64,000 nt of DNA from Catajapyx aquilonaris. Taxonomy: Eukaryota. Below, piece by piece: positions 41,986 to 56,300 of the stretch. The notes under the pieces are model-generated. The model had not been told where the DNA came from and ran no database searches. It worked only from the letters and a program-made list of their open reading frames with translations. Each line of letters begins with the position of its first letter. The stretch's first letter is position 1. Position numbers and translations under genes: made by a program. The stretch lies in contig KZ537966.1 in assembly GCA_000934665.2 (NCBI GenBank), positions 62,001 through 126,000 on the forward strand, in the 5' to 3' direction.

Positions 41986-43232
41986 CCTCCTTGGAAACTC
42001 AGTGTATATATCAGGTTCTCCAATGAATTGCAAATGTGCAGCCTCAACTGGAGGGGAAATGGAATCCAATATTATGCGCTACAAGCATCCTTCCTAGCCG
42101 GGATGCCAAAGTCTTCAGACAATATCGAGGCCAACGACGTCATCACATTTTTTGTACTTTTTTAAAAAAGAAATACCCTCTCATATCTCTCCTGGTTTCA
42201 GGCCACTTTTCCGGTTAATTCTCAGAACTAAATTAAAATGCACGATGGGAATAGAAAAAGTTCCAGGCTCTGAAATTTTAGTACAAGGGCGTGCTGGAAG
42301 CGAGTCCGTCTGGAAGCGTTTGACAGGGAACGTCACAAGCTCTTCAAAAGGATGGCAAAATTTCATTTGATATCCTTGAGGTGAACACTTCCAGAGGGAT
42401 CTGGTTCGGCTTTCGCTTCCAGTTCAATCCGAAAGCGTGTATGGCTTCCAAATAAATACACTCCAGACCGAAAAACGGACTGACTGTAAGAACTGAAAGC
42501 AGTACCTGTAATGCTAGTGCATTTCCAACAACCTAGAATCATGCATTTGTAAATGATTAATTTCCTGCAACATCATAACAGCTTGCATTATTTGATCTCT
42601 TCATCGTCCATCTGCATGATTTAAATTCCATGTGGCATAAATAACGCAAATGAAATGTATGTATACAGTTTACTTGCACTGTCTAAAGGGGTAATGAATT
42701 CCACACCCACGTATAATGGTCTATATAGCTATTTTCCAAAATTAATGCACTTCAGTGTACAGTGTGTAGACTGTACCAGCTGGCAAAGTAAGGCACCTGC
42801 TGGTGGCTGTACTTTATTGCCAGTGGTGTTCTGGGCTATATCGGTATATAGCCCGCCGCCATTATTTAAAAGGCACTTCGCAAGGTTCAGCCAGATGTTA
42901 ATGAATCCGTCGTCCAAGCCCAAGCAAATAATGCATTGATGTACAGTACCCCTGTTGAGCGACGATCTAGGGAGGGCCTTGAATTTTTAAGGAAAACAAC
43001 AGCTCTCCTACACAATCAATGATGTTAACTGCCCTGTACGCATGCCGGTTAGCCGATAATTATTTATGAAACACCGTGCAGCTTGGGTATAGAAATTTTA
43101 CATCAAGCGAGGCATGTTCATTGCACTGTAGATTTCGTGAGCGCATTAAAATCACATCTTGGTACATGTAGCAATTACTTGTTTCTCCTGTATAATCAGA
43201 CGGCTCTGTGATCAGGACAATCATGCATTTCA

Positions 43233-43235
<3 letters not shown>

Positions 43236-43263
<28 letters not shown>
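43236..43263. repeat. (TC)14 microsatellite
   Basis: Perfect TC run read directly. Confidence 0.95.
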
Positions 43264-43266
<3 letters not shown>

Positions 43267-44369
43267 AACCCCAGGAACGTAGGTGAGGGTGCAACAACAA
43301 CAAAAAAGACAATCGTGTGCGCCTTTCAGCCATTCCACACCTGCTTACTCCGGCAGACTTCTTGGGCTGCGATGTCAGGTTCGTGTCTCCGGAACCACCC
43401 AATAAGGCAAGCTGAGCCAGTATCCTTGAGGCAGCCAGTCTGCAAGATATCGAAAAACGTTTCGCCTAGGCCCGCCCGATATACACGGCCGGAATTCTTT
43501 CCATAATCTGTATTTCTCAGTGACAAACAAGGCCCTGGCTTTTCTGCACCGTAAGCATCCCCTGCCTGCAAAACAGGCTTCCTTCCAACTGTTACTGCGG
43601 AGAACAGAAGCCATATACTCAGACTCGGAACCAACAAAACATTTCCTCCAAAAGCTGTACCGGTCTATCTGCTGCCCCCGACCGGACACTTGACAAACGA
43701 CAGGTGAGCCCCTGAAGATCAATGCTTAATATACAGCCTCGCGCATTGTTGTATCGGACCCAACTCTCCGGCTGTGTCTCCCTGTGACAAATTAGGATCC
43801 GTCACAGGGCCTCGCACACGCCACTTCTTGGCCGGCACAGGGTTCGATAAGCAACCCGGATAGGAAGCCAGGGCATATTTCTTAGCGAAGCTCCAGGCAC
43901 ACTCGAGCGGAAGGAGCGATATGGCAACGGCGGAAACAAATGCTCCTCCTGCAGATGAAGTATTCCTCTTCTAATCCGTCCCCAAATCCAGGGAACACAC
44001 CTTCCGGGCCATACCCCCCAAAAAAACATGGCAGTTCCGTCAGGTTCCCAACTTTTACCCCTCCCAAATCTGCACTATACAAAACGTTTGGAAAATTAAT
44101 TTCAGTCCTCCCCGACCCCTATAAAATGCATCTATATATCATTTCTATGCCACGGCCGTCAAGGGGGGGATATTTTTCTGGTTCGTGCCTATGTTTTGGT
44201 TTTGCATTTTACCGTGACTTGTTGGAGCAAATCATTACTACTTTGTTCCAAGGGTATATAGAACACGCACAAAAAAGAGTCTGATCCAGCTCATAAAACC
44301 ATGGGTCTCCCCCCACTTGGCCTAGTATTGTATTAGAGCGCATGCAACAGTAGTTGGTTTTTGTCACAG

Positions 44370-44386
44370 CCNCCCCCCCCCCCCCC
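44370..44386. repeat. Poly-C tract with an internal N
   Basis: C homopolymer with N at 44372. Confidence 0.9.
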
Positions 44387-47233
44387 GGTTGCTATAGCTT
44401 GAAGGAAAACCACACAGGGCTATATACCGTCTGAGTCTGGCGCTGGGTTTCACAAATGTCCTCCCGTCACATAAATGATATCCGTCACATCATCTGACCG
44501 CGTCAAACTAATAAATCCTCGAGCAGTAGCACTTTTCCTGATTTAAAGAAATGTAAATTGCATGACTGGGAGCTTTGACAAAAAGTGTCAGGCAGTGAAA
44601 CATTCAAAGGCCAGCCGTCAAGCGTGCAAGAATAAAAACGCCATAGTATAATATCCGGCAATCTGAAGACGAAAAAAAGAAAGAAAAAAGTTCGAAATTT
44701 GTTGCGCTCCAATAAGCTACAACTCCTACTTTTATATTTGATCTAACGTCTGAGTCACCCAATCATTTTGGCGTGTAAATAGCAGCAACACAGGTTTCGT
44801 TTTTTACTGGAAGTAACTGAAAGTTCGCGGCACTGTATACAGGAATAATCTCTCAGTTTTTAAATAATAAATGCTCAAATCCTATCGAAAATCCAGGGCC
44901 TGAAAAGGAGCGGAACTAATCCCTGCAGGAGCATACAATTGCATGTTGTGCACCATCTCTTCCAGCCATTCGGATCGATAGCGCACAGGAAAGTTCGTGC
45001 TGTTGCAAGTACACCTTTTTTACGTGCTTCATATTTAGTACAGTAACCTGTTAACACTGTAACCTTCGAAAGCAATATATAGACCGCTTGCAACGAAAAA
45101 AAAAGTATACGAAACAGAAATTGCGTCACTCGAAATCGAACAAAAGTGAGCAGGGATTGACCCCTCGTTGGCATTAATCTTTAAGAGACAGATCGCGTGC
45201 GTAATTTTCCTATCAAAAATTTTTTTTTGACCACAGTTATTTCTCACGTGGCAATCCCATCGACTGAAAAACGCGACGCTCTCTGTGTGTGTGCATGCAC
45301 CATGCCGTTATACTGTTTGACTCCTTGTCATAACATTTACATCATCATTAGATGGCGGTCTGTGCAAACTTCACACTTACCAAAGTCAAACAAGCCGTAA
45401 ATCCCATCCCCTCTCCTTCGGACGCATTTTCCGACGTAATAATTTTTGGCGAGGACTGAGGGCATAATCCAGCCCCAGCTCTGTTTAATTTTTGGTAAAG
45501 TGTAATCAAAACTTAAAAGCAATTCGCGTATAAAATTGCACCACAGGGTGTCTGTACAATCTTAAATCGATTTTAGCACAAGGGCAAACTCTCTCCCCAC
45601 TTGAGATGGAAAGCTTCGATCTAAACCCCATTCGCCAGTTAAGTAGTGTGTTTGCATATTAAAATGAACCAATCATCAGAAGCCTTCGCTTGCTAGTCCG
45701 CCAAGTGTCAATATTATTACATGCCCAATATTTTAAAAAGTGCACCTAACGCTATGCCACAGATAGTAATTAACTTCGGTTCAAGTTCGTGTCTAGTCTA
45801 TTTTCCGGTCTAGCGATAGTCGCTCCGGCTTGCTACACAGCTACAGTATACCGTCCAAATGCTGAGTAAACTCTGCTGGGTAACCTTCCAGTCGCTATAA
45901 TGCCATGAGAGTCCCATGCCAAGCAGCCAACCGTCTCTGGATGTGATATATTCCACACCATTTACAATTTCGATTTTAAGACAGCCAAGCCCCCTGTAAA
46001 AAAAATTATCTACAACCCAAGACTTTGATGGTAGAGTGAGAGAGCAAACAACAGTGCGTTTCTCTCCCCGTCACGTCCGCTTTATCTGCACGTTTCTCGG
46101 CAAGAAAAGCGCCTCCAAAGCGCTGCCACACAATTTCATAACTCCATGCACTCCGAGAGAGCTCCACAAAAAAAAAAAAACTATAGAAGCAACCCACACA
46201 CACACACAAACACACAACAAGCCAAACTAAGAGAAGGAGTGGAGGCCATTTGGCTTGCAGCCACCACGAAGCAACGTTTAACTGCCAGAAATGTGTTACA
46301 ATCCCTCCAATTTATCAGGCCGAGATAAGCAAACGATTTCTGTGGACGTCAGCTCTAGGAGGAGGGCTGGACGTCACAAGAGAAGGGGTTACATGGGGCG
46401 GTGAAGGGGGCGCAAGAAAATAGTGTCGAGGGCGCTGGCATCCATACCAATTGCGATCGGTTCGATAGAAGGGGGCGCGATTGAAAAGACCGTTGGCACC
46501 CTTTTCCCCTGACGATCCCCACGACAGCAGGAAACTGGGGAGCCCAGGAAGGAAGGGATAAACCAGACATTTATCGCGCCACAGCCGTTCCGAAGAGCCC
46601 AGAAGACCAAGAAGAAAGATACAGAGAAGGGAGGAGGAAAAATAAGGAAGAAAGTGGGGTGGAGGGGGTGAGCAAGAACTGAAAAAAAAGTCCAAAAAAA
46701 AGTCCCAGTTGGCTATGAGCCAGCCTACGCCCCAAGCCCACGAAGAATCGACTGACTTGGCAGCCGCCGAGTAAACTTGGGGAAACTTGGGACTACCATA
46801 ACTTGGAATGACATGAGCTGTAAAAGAAAAAGTGGGGAGGGAGAGAAAAAGGAAAAGACCCAAGGCCCAAGTATCGAAGCGGATCTCGGTCCAAGGCGGA
46901 GATTTAATTTTCATGCGTGAATATCTGTAGCTTGCGATGGAGGGGGATCCTCTCAGAATCGAATTCCCTTCGCGACATGGGCCAACACCACTTCTGGTCC
47001 ATATTTTCCTCTCAGAAACTCCCAATCGTGTCGACCTCCTTTGTTTCGACAGTGGCAGCAGAAGAACTGCCAACTGTCGATTCGGGTTCAACCTAATTTG
47101 TGTAGCGGGCGGGTATCTTTCTTGACAAGTTAAGCTCGGTCAAGTCTGCATCAATGAGCTCAAAGCCTACCAGAAAGTTTGGTGTCCGTCACCGTATAAT
47201 TGAGCCCCCACAATTTTGTTACAAAGTACTCAC

Positions 47234-47336
47234 CTTTCGTAGGTTTTCCGTCTGCAACTTCTTCTTCTTCCTCGCTCTTGCTTTTGTTCTTTTTCATCGT
47301 TGTTTCCGGCAGAGTGCTGCCCTCCCTATTTCTCAT
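47234..47336 (-). CDS. Coding part of a 206-nt exon (47439-47234): alternative N-terminus MRNREGSTLPETTMKKNKSKSEEEEEVADGKPTK, phase-1 donor; gene unidentified
   Basis: Acceptor ttattatactttcag before 47439 and near-perfect donor AAG|gtgagt (47233-47228). The body is purine- and GAA-rich. An in-frame TGA (47402-47400) precedes ATG 47336, followed by 34 codons plus 1 nt. Too short for the ORF track. Confidence 0.5.
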
Positions 47337-50300
47337 CTCCTGTCTTCCTGTTTCAGCAGCGACGACGCCCGCAGGAGGCCACTTTCGCTTCCTGATGCTT
47401 CACACTTTACACTTCTTCACGACTTCATTCCACTTCCCTCTGAAAGTATAATAAGCGCCCACTTCACTTCCAAAACAGTCAAGAGCTGTAATAAATACCG
47501 CACAGAGAAAGAGAGATCTTTGACAGCCTTCCCAGTTTCGGAAAGTGTTTAAACCTCCAGGATTCTCCTCCATGAACTTTTTTCCAGAGTTAAGCAATTC
47601 CGACCTATTATTTGCTTTCCATCACGCCAGTAATAACACGCCGATGAATATTAACGATATTATGCTTGCCATAGTCGTGACGGTCTAATTTTCATCCACA
47701 CACTAATGGGGTATTTGCAGCCGATGCTGCACATGCAAGGAAACTGGGACTCAAAATGTGGCGCAGCGAAAATCAATCTGTAGAACTAAACAGCTGCATA
47801 CAACTTAATGAGAGTTTAAATGCACCGTGTAATACAAAAATAAAGCTGAGTTATAGTGCAGAGAGTGGTGGCATGACTGCGGTACCAATTACCCTAAAGC
47901 ACTGGCGTTAGTTTGAATTTCATCATGCGGATTTCTAAATATTACAATAAAATTATCAGCAATAACACAGGCAGATACAAAAAAGTGAATTACGTACTGA
48001 CGAGTGATGGCAACATATTTAAGATTTTGACGACACAATCATCGTCCAATATTTCACAATGAAATTGTTACACAGTGATGAAGCAGGAAGCAGTGTGGCC
48101 TAAAGCATTTTCTCGTTTAATTCATTAAATAATGACAAAATGGCAACTATTAAAATAGGGCAATAGTAATGGGGGAACTAATAACTCATACACATTAACT
48201 CCATTATATGAACTTTACAGGGGTATTTTAAATTTTAAAAATTGCTAATCTTCTGCCATAATGTAGAGAAACGAATAAACGCTTTCATATGCTTTGAAGC
48301 TTGAAAATGTTAATTTCAAATCCGAATTTCTCCAACGAGGCAAAAGTTGAGGTTCAATTTTTCCTCAAATATTACACGGAACACCATCACCAAAAATTAC
48401 GCCGATATGAGCCAAAACCAATCTTGCAACACATCTTTAACAAAACCTAGAGAGAAACCACTAATTCCAAAATATCCATCCGTCAAAAAATCGAGTTAAA
48501 ATTCCGCTCATGGTATAGCATGTGTCAGACAAGTTGCAGTATCTTTTCTTTCTTGCATGTATTGGCTACTTGCATTGGAAAAACAGAAGTTGGTAAAATT
48601 AGCAACTCCCTAATTTCAATTAGGCAAGACATTAATGCCCTTGCAAACTCAACCTGTGTGGCAATTCCCCAATCGAGACCCCCAAGTCCGACTTCACTTT
48701 GGAGCAAAATCAATGCAGTAGGTTTTCTCTCTAAAACCGATACACTGTACAGTAATACCAACGCGCGTCTAAATTACGAGCCTAAGCACAGTCGCCAACG
48801 TGGTAATAAGGCTTAGGGGATGAAAGCGTTAAGTCAGGGTTTGGCGATTCATTGCAAACTCCCAGCACTTAATTCGCACTGTCGGCCTGCTGGTCTGGCG
48901 CAAACGTGCCTTTGGTCAGAACCGCTTGGGCAACCCGCAAGACTTGTCGGTAGAAAAGCCAATCCTATGTGGAAGAGACGTAGGGCACAATGGGACCGGG
49001 GGTTTACAGCCACAGCTCCAGGGGATGGTGGGTGTGATGAACGCAGTATCAGCCAACATGCAACGACTTTTGAAGAGTTCTTTTCCAGTCGTCCTGGCCA
49101 AGTTTCCTTGTAATTGGCCCTTTCTTTTTTTTCCCCCTCCGACCCCCATCACCCCACCCACCGTCCTCCCAATTTCACTACCCCTTGGTGGAGAGATCAA
49201 ACAAACAATGTGCGCCCTTCAATTACAGGGCCGTCCACGTTTGCTCTACGAGGCACTTGCTGACGGCGAACTCGTATAGGAAAAGCGAGTGGTGATGGCA
49301 ATGAAAGGCCCAACTCCAGGCGCCTCTCGCTATTAATTCCAACGTCATTTCCGCTCCCGCCCCATCTGGATGGATCGCCACACTGTCCCTTTAAAACCCA
49401 CGGGCTCTTGGAGAGAACAGAAGGAAAAAAAAAAAAAAAGAGGCGACTCAGCGAAGCCTCAATCCAAGACAAATGATTCCCATGGGGACCGCCCCTCAAG
49501 TCCTGCGCCGTACCCAACTTTATACGCTGTCTCTGTTTCGCTTTTATTGCCCGTCTTCTCTTCGCCAATATTATTCCTGCACTCCTCCCTTTAGTCAAAG
49601 AGCCGCCGCTTGGGCGTAAAATGCAGATTAGGCATGTTCCCGGGGTCACCGATATGACCCGGCACGTTCTGAAAGAAACATGAAATTACAAGCATGGGAG
49701 GGGGAGGCTTTGCAATCGTAAAACAATATCTGGGCCGTAAAATCGTACGCGTTTTGTGCCCGACATTAATTGGGGAACTGGTGGTCGCTGCAGGGACCAA
49801 AATGTCCGAGCACTTTTTTTTCTCTCTCTCTCTCCATCTCCTTTCTCACCTTGAGATGACATTACAAAGTACTGCACGGTTCTTTTAACGATTAGGCGTA
49901 CGCTGGGGACAACGCTTCACACCTGCGCGCGACAAAAGTTAAAACAAATGGTGCCCATCTCCTCGAGAAAAAAAGTTGAAACATTGTCGATGCCAGTGAG
50001 AGAACTTGGTATCAGCTGCTCCCTATATATATATATTTTTTTTAACTTGCCTCGCGTGATTAAAAACACACATTACAAGCCTCGTGGCTCCTAATCCCCA
50101 AGTACAAGGAGGAAGTCACGCTCATTATTCCCTAAAAGGGGGGACGTCCTGTACAGCTTTCAAATCTCCTCTAATGCAAACGAATCATTCTAATACCCAA
50201 CTCGGTTGCACGGTCACTAATACTTTTTTCCCATCTGCAGCAGGAGCACCTTTCTTCTTCTAAGGACGGCATGAGATAAGGCCATTTTCTTCGATCCCAC

Positions 50301-53300
50301 CGATTTCCTAATCCGTTTTAGTAAATCAGACCACAAAACTTTTTATTCCTTCTACTTATGAAAACCTCGGTCTCGTATATAGGGTCATTAGTCAAGCACT
50401 TTTTCTGCAGCACTAATTGAAGATGGCTTGGTAGAATTTCGAGGCAATACCTCGGTTCAGAGGGGGGTCTCTAATATCATCTCCCTGCTAAACGTTCATC
50501 CCTCTTCCAGCAGGGCAAGCAATCGCATTTAGATGCAAATGGCGAGGCCTGGTTTTATGGGCCTGGATGGCAAACTTTCCGCCACGCCAAGCGAATAGGT
50601 CTTTTATAATATGACGGTAATATCTTAGCAAAACCTAACCCACTATTGGTACATGTCTCCAAAGTAAAGGCGGCAGTCAAGTTTCGCATTCACGTGCACC
50701 GCTCACGATGCGTCGTCGCCTTCTGTCGATTCCGTGCAGAACAATAAAAATGCGAGTCCCATGCATCAATATAAATAATAAGTGGAAGAGAAGGAAAAGA
50801 TCGAGTTGCAGTTTTTCGTCTACGACCTTCTACCGTTCCACCTATAAAAAGATCCAATATCTTAACTGCGTCTAATACTCACACGTCTGCCAATATTCGA
50901 AGAGAAACTATCTTATTTCCCCTCGGCACGAGAAAGTTTTCCATTCAATACCCATCGTATAACGAAAGATATTCAATAGGTCTCAACATATTTCTTTCCG
51001 CAACGTAGTCTGCGACCTTAATCAAACTGAGACTAACTAAAAACAAATCCTTCACGACAACTACAATCTGTCCAAATGATAATGCATCATTAGGGAGCAC
51101 AAAATAATGGAAACCTCTATAAATTGACACTGTATATGGCTCTAAGAACAGTTAACAGAATATTATTTTCTTCCAACTTCATACCAAAAATTTATGTTCA
51201 AAACAGGCATTGACATTTCAGTCCTACTGAAACTACTGTATTTTTCATTCCCTACAGAAAGTAAATGCTGTTCGGTTTACATACGGGCGTCGTTAATAAA
51301 ACATAACATTGTGAAGTTCTTTTTTATACTTTCAATGCGCACACACAAAAAAATATCTTCTTCCTCAGACCCTTGTCAAATATTTCTTATTCGGGAGAGC
51401 GAGTGCAACTCTTGCTTGTAAGTCGCTTCGCGTCCCACTAAAATAGCAATGGTAGCAACAAGGCGGAACTGGGCGTTGCAAAGATGGCCGAATACTAACC
51501 ACCTCAAGCCCTCAGTTTAAATCCTTGTTCCCCGCAAGCTGAATTCCCCGCAGACCATGGCAGACCTCCACAACCAAAAGGGTTCCCCTCCAGAGAACAC
51601 AATGCCTGATTCCTACACGGGCGGAATCGCATGAATGTTTGCAGGATACATGGGCAGAAGAATGAAACAGCGCTCTGAGAGAGAGCAAAATAACCTTTGC
51701 CCTCCAGGACCGAACCAAAGAAAGGAAGAAAAAAACACAATTTTTGAACCCCACGAAAAAAAGAGGAAGAATTGAGTGTGCCAGTTTCCTTTCCAACCGC
51801 TCAACTCCAAATGAGCCAGCTTACTGACACTTTTAATTCCAAGTCACACGACACCCTGCTAATTAACAATTTGGAGTTGCAAATCCTCCGAAATTAGCCA
51901 CCGCCACATTCAAGGCTGTGACAGGCAACTTTATGCTGCGAAAGGTGCTTTTTCTCTCTCTCCAGGCTCTTTCCTCGTCTCTCGCTCCAGCAAAATGGCT
52001 GCTGGCGGCCATCACCACACTGAGCAGAAGGGAGGTGACTGCTGGAGAAGCTTCGCATTTGCAAAAGAGAGGCAGCCCTCGGTATCATCCTCCCAAAGGA
52101 GCGTTGGAACCGAGTAATCGCAGCAAGCGAATGCGCCTTCAAGGAACAATCGCTGCTCTGTTCCATTTGAGCCGCTTCGTCCTCAGCTCCTACTTTTAGT
52201 CTCTCCCGACGCCCCAATATTCATCAGAGTTTACAAACTCACAAAGGTTACCCTGTCTGCTGAAAGCCCCTTTATCCTTGAGAGGAAAAAATAAGGCAGA
52301 AAAGCGGGGCCTCCTTCATTACTATGGCGCTACTGACATCCCCAAAGAAATCAGCACTGCAACTAATGGCGGATCTGCACAGGGCTTCTCAGAAAATGGC
52401 CAAAACAGAAGACGTGAATTTGAATAACTGGAAATATGACATGAGTTCAAATAACACAGTGACACAAATTTAATACCCTCCGTACATACAGTATATTGGC
52501 ACAAAGTTAACCGGTTGCCATATTTTTAAACGAATGAAATGAGTCGTTAAAATTGTCATACTCCGCATATTTTTTGAATAATTATGTAAACATGTTTGAA
52601 ACTATTTTCTGCGCTTTCCCTGGCGGAAATGAAGAAAAACTCAAGTCAGGTATACAGAATTTTTTTCCCCCTTCCCTCCCTATAAGGTTGATTTCGATAA
52701 GAAAATCCCTTCCTGTGCATTCTAAACCCGGTTATTACTTTCTAATTTTGTGGCAAGAACACACGCCACCTCTGATCCCACGCGTGATTTTTTTCGCCGA
52801 TAACGGCCGTTAGTCACAAAACCCCCTGGGTCTAATTTGCATTTTCGACATCGACCAAAAAAAAAAAAAAAATCCTGGTGACAAATAACACGCCAGATCC
52901 AAACTATAGGGTTTGGGTTAAAAAGCAAAGAGTCGGGTGACCAAAAACACGGTCGATTCTATTTTCAGTCCTTCGGAAGCCATAAGGGTTACGAAACATG
53001 TCTTACGTCTCGGGCATTTCCCAAAAAGAAATGATTCTGGAATATAACACCGCCTTTGAAATAAGCGAATGCACGACAAACGAAATCTATTTTTGGTCGC
53101 AAAGAAAAGAAAAATCCTCTCAAGTTACGGCCGAAGCTCCGATACTCTTGGGATATCCATACGTTCGCTGTACAGCTTCCTGCCATTACGCCCACAACCC
53201 CTTAGAAAACTCCCTAAAATTTCAACCGTAATATTCACGCCAGTCGGCCGTTTCCTAGCCCAACAGTGCTCGAGTGTAGGCCAGGGCAGGTCACGCAAGT

Positions 53301-56300
53301 GAGGAAAACTTGCGTGCTTACCGAGTTCCATGAACGACAACTCTAATCTGGCCTTCAGCGCAAGGGAATGAACAGCTCCTCTGGACTCGCAGCTCTCTCA
53401 AGTGCATGTACAGGATTTCCTTGCCTGGCCAGCTATATACTCTCGCCTTTTCCCCAAAAAATTCAAAAAAAAATCTTGTAACACGTACAGAGTTACAAAC
53501 GGATGTCCAGAGGGCAGCCTGCATCCATGGTCAAATTATTTCAGATGCAAACAAAGCGAAATTGCAGGCCTGTATTACATGTAATTACATGCAAATTATG
53601 CTACAAATCAGCATCTCTCATAAAGGCATTATCTGCCCATATAATGACCATTCATATATTACAGTTCCTCATGGTGTGGCGAATGTCCACTGAACCTTAA
53701 CGCCATTGGCACTCGATCCGCATTCGTATCCAGCATACATTATGTACAGTACACGTCATTTAAAAAATAACGCGTGGTTCACCTACCCATCCCGTATGAT
53801 AAATTTGTTAAAAAAACAAAACGCTGCTATCTGTTTCATGAATTCTGTGGAAACCCTGAACCTCGAAGGTAGCACAAGGTTTCAGCGTATCAGGGAAAGC
53901 TGCAAGTGATATAATTTGATTGAGATTAGGGTATAACTGCGCAAAAGTATGACTTACGCGTATGTACATTTAAAAAAAATCAATGCATTTTCTTACATCT
54001 TAGCACTGGCTCTTTTTTTAATGATTTGGGGCATGATGATTGATGAAAACCAATTTTCTCGGGTGATTTTATCCTTACTTCGAAGTACAGTATTTCGTCA
54101 GTAGAAGGGGTATTTTGCACTTGTAAGCAAGAATTTGTAGAAGCCAAAGTAACCACATTACTAGCACTGTTCTATCTTGATTCACCTTACTCCAATTACA
54201 GATATCGCTGGCCTCATTTCCCAGAAACTAACGTGATCACCTATGGTAATCCTATGACATAATGAGGAAACAAACAACCGTACAGTGTATATAATTCCAG
54301 AATGGCTGCACACAACGGAATACTCGGAAAAACTGTTGCGCAATACTAAGGGCCGTACTACTGGCTGTTTATAACAGGCTGACACGGACGTAAATTGAGA
54401 AGTTTGCATTGTTTTAGTCTCTTCTATAGCGCAAATTATCTACGCTCGAAATTTTTCCCCGACATCCCCATTGTAAATCCACAAGCACAATTAATACATT
54501 AAAGCATATGAATGGATGCAGAATGCTCCAGCCATGGCTGTCGAGTCCCAGAGCTGATTTACAAGTGCTTTTTTTTGGATCCTGTTAGTAAAAGCCCGTC
54601 TGGTCCCTTGGTAAGATAACCTTGCGCACTATTCGCGTTCATTCCTGCAGTAAATCTTCTTTTTCAAAAAAAATTGCGGCCTTCGTGTGATCTATTCCCC
54701 ACATTATTGGCGCTTGCAGTTTTCCTCTTTTCAGATATGACATTGGGATAACGTTGCAGAATATTAGGCTACTGGTTGTCGTACATACTGTAAACAAAAT
54801 CGGCAATTTTCCTCTCAATTTGCGTTCATACTCAGGACTGGCATCGACGACAGTCACTTCAATGTCCACCGCGTCCGAACTGGTCAAGTAACCCACCATC
54901 CCCGAAAATCCCTTCTGCACGCCACTTTCGTGCCTGAGTCCAAGGAACTGATAATTAGCCGAGATGGCACAAATCCAGCTCGAAAAGCGTGTTTGTTGGC
55001 AACGGGAAAGAAAAGGCAGTAACGATTTTGGATACTGGGGCGGCGCACAGAACCGGAATGACCCCTCGGTTCAACTCAAATTCGAGTCCATTGGGCACCC
55101 AACCACACGTGTGGGGGTCCTTTTTTGACTGCGTATATGCATGATCGTTGATTAAATCAGCGGGGGCGACTGAATTAGCAGGGGCCGGGCCTGCCATTGA
55201 AACCGCGCGGGATAATCATAAAGACATGCAAAGCTTCCTGAGTCAGTCCGAGAGCCTCGTCGTCCATCGGCGTTAATTAAGAATTCCCCGACATGGACAC
55301 AGACCCCCACGGCCCGGCTTCGGGGGACCATAAAATGTTATTATGTTGGAAAACCAGGGCGTATTAGCCCCCTCCGTTTTCACCATATAAGAGGAGAAGA
55401 GGGGGCTGCATCTCCATGGGGAACGTTTTCTGTCTTGCTGGGTACCAGAGTATGGTTAGAGAGACCCAGGGACCGCGGTTTTTCGGGAGGGGAATTTCAG
55501 GGCCCACTAGGGAGTTATACCGACATTGCCCGAGGAGAAAACCGCAGGGAATACGGAGAAATTTCGAGGAGGATAGTCGACGAAAATGGTATGGTCCGTA
55601 GCCACACCCAGCCTTCCTTGACTGATGTGAATCATTATCTGGATCGGCTTCTACAGGGGGGATATTTCACTGTCTAGGACGACAACCGGATTTTTTTTGG
55701 GATAACCAGCAGCGCTGATTCAACATTTAGAGAGGGGGGGATACCGCTGAACGTGACTCATTAAAAATACCGAATGTACCGTTAAGTGTCCACATAGCAT
55801 TTTTCATGCTTCGCTGTAGAAATAAGCCAGAAGCAGTACAGTGAGCTTCACACCACAAATTACTGCTGGAAATGGCCCTAATAAAGCAGACTTTCAGCGA
55901 GGTATACTTACAGTACTTTTTAGATAAAACCCCCATAGTCTCGTTAATTACTTTTTCACTTTACTTCGCTTGACAATATTCCGTGCTGGAGCTCTACCAT
56001 AAAAATTATAATATTTCACATTAAAAAATGAGCTTCCCCACAGCAGTAAATGATTCATCAAGAAAAAAAATTACGCTCTCGAACTGCTATAGAATTGCTA
56101 ATAAAAGAGTCAAAAATACAGTTCAAACACGTCATTTTCCGTCTCATCCGGACAACTCTATGTGCCTCCGAATTTTTTTTCTTCAAAAAAAAAAGCTATT
56201 ACAACCTTTCCCCGCAAAATCAAATGAGATACGTCAGGTGGACCGATTTCTCTTTTGCACACAATCAAGCTGCTATCCACATCTGGCATCCAGTCTTAAT

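Noticed and set aside
45381..45465. Minus-strand MPSVLAKNYY...GLFDF ending in a phase-1 GTAAGT donor
   Set aside because: The donor is good but there is no polypyrimidine acceptor or promoter evidence, so it is likely a chance donor.
46315..47091. 258-aa ORF, the longest in the window, as a stand-alone gene
   Set aside because: Non-ATG start, F/L/S/P-rich composition from pyrimidine tracts and homopolymers, and no recognisable domain.
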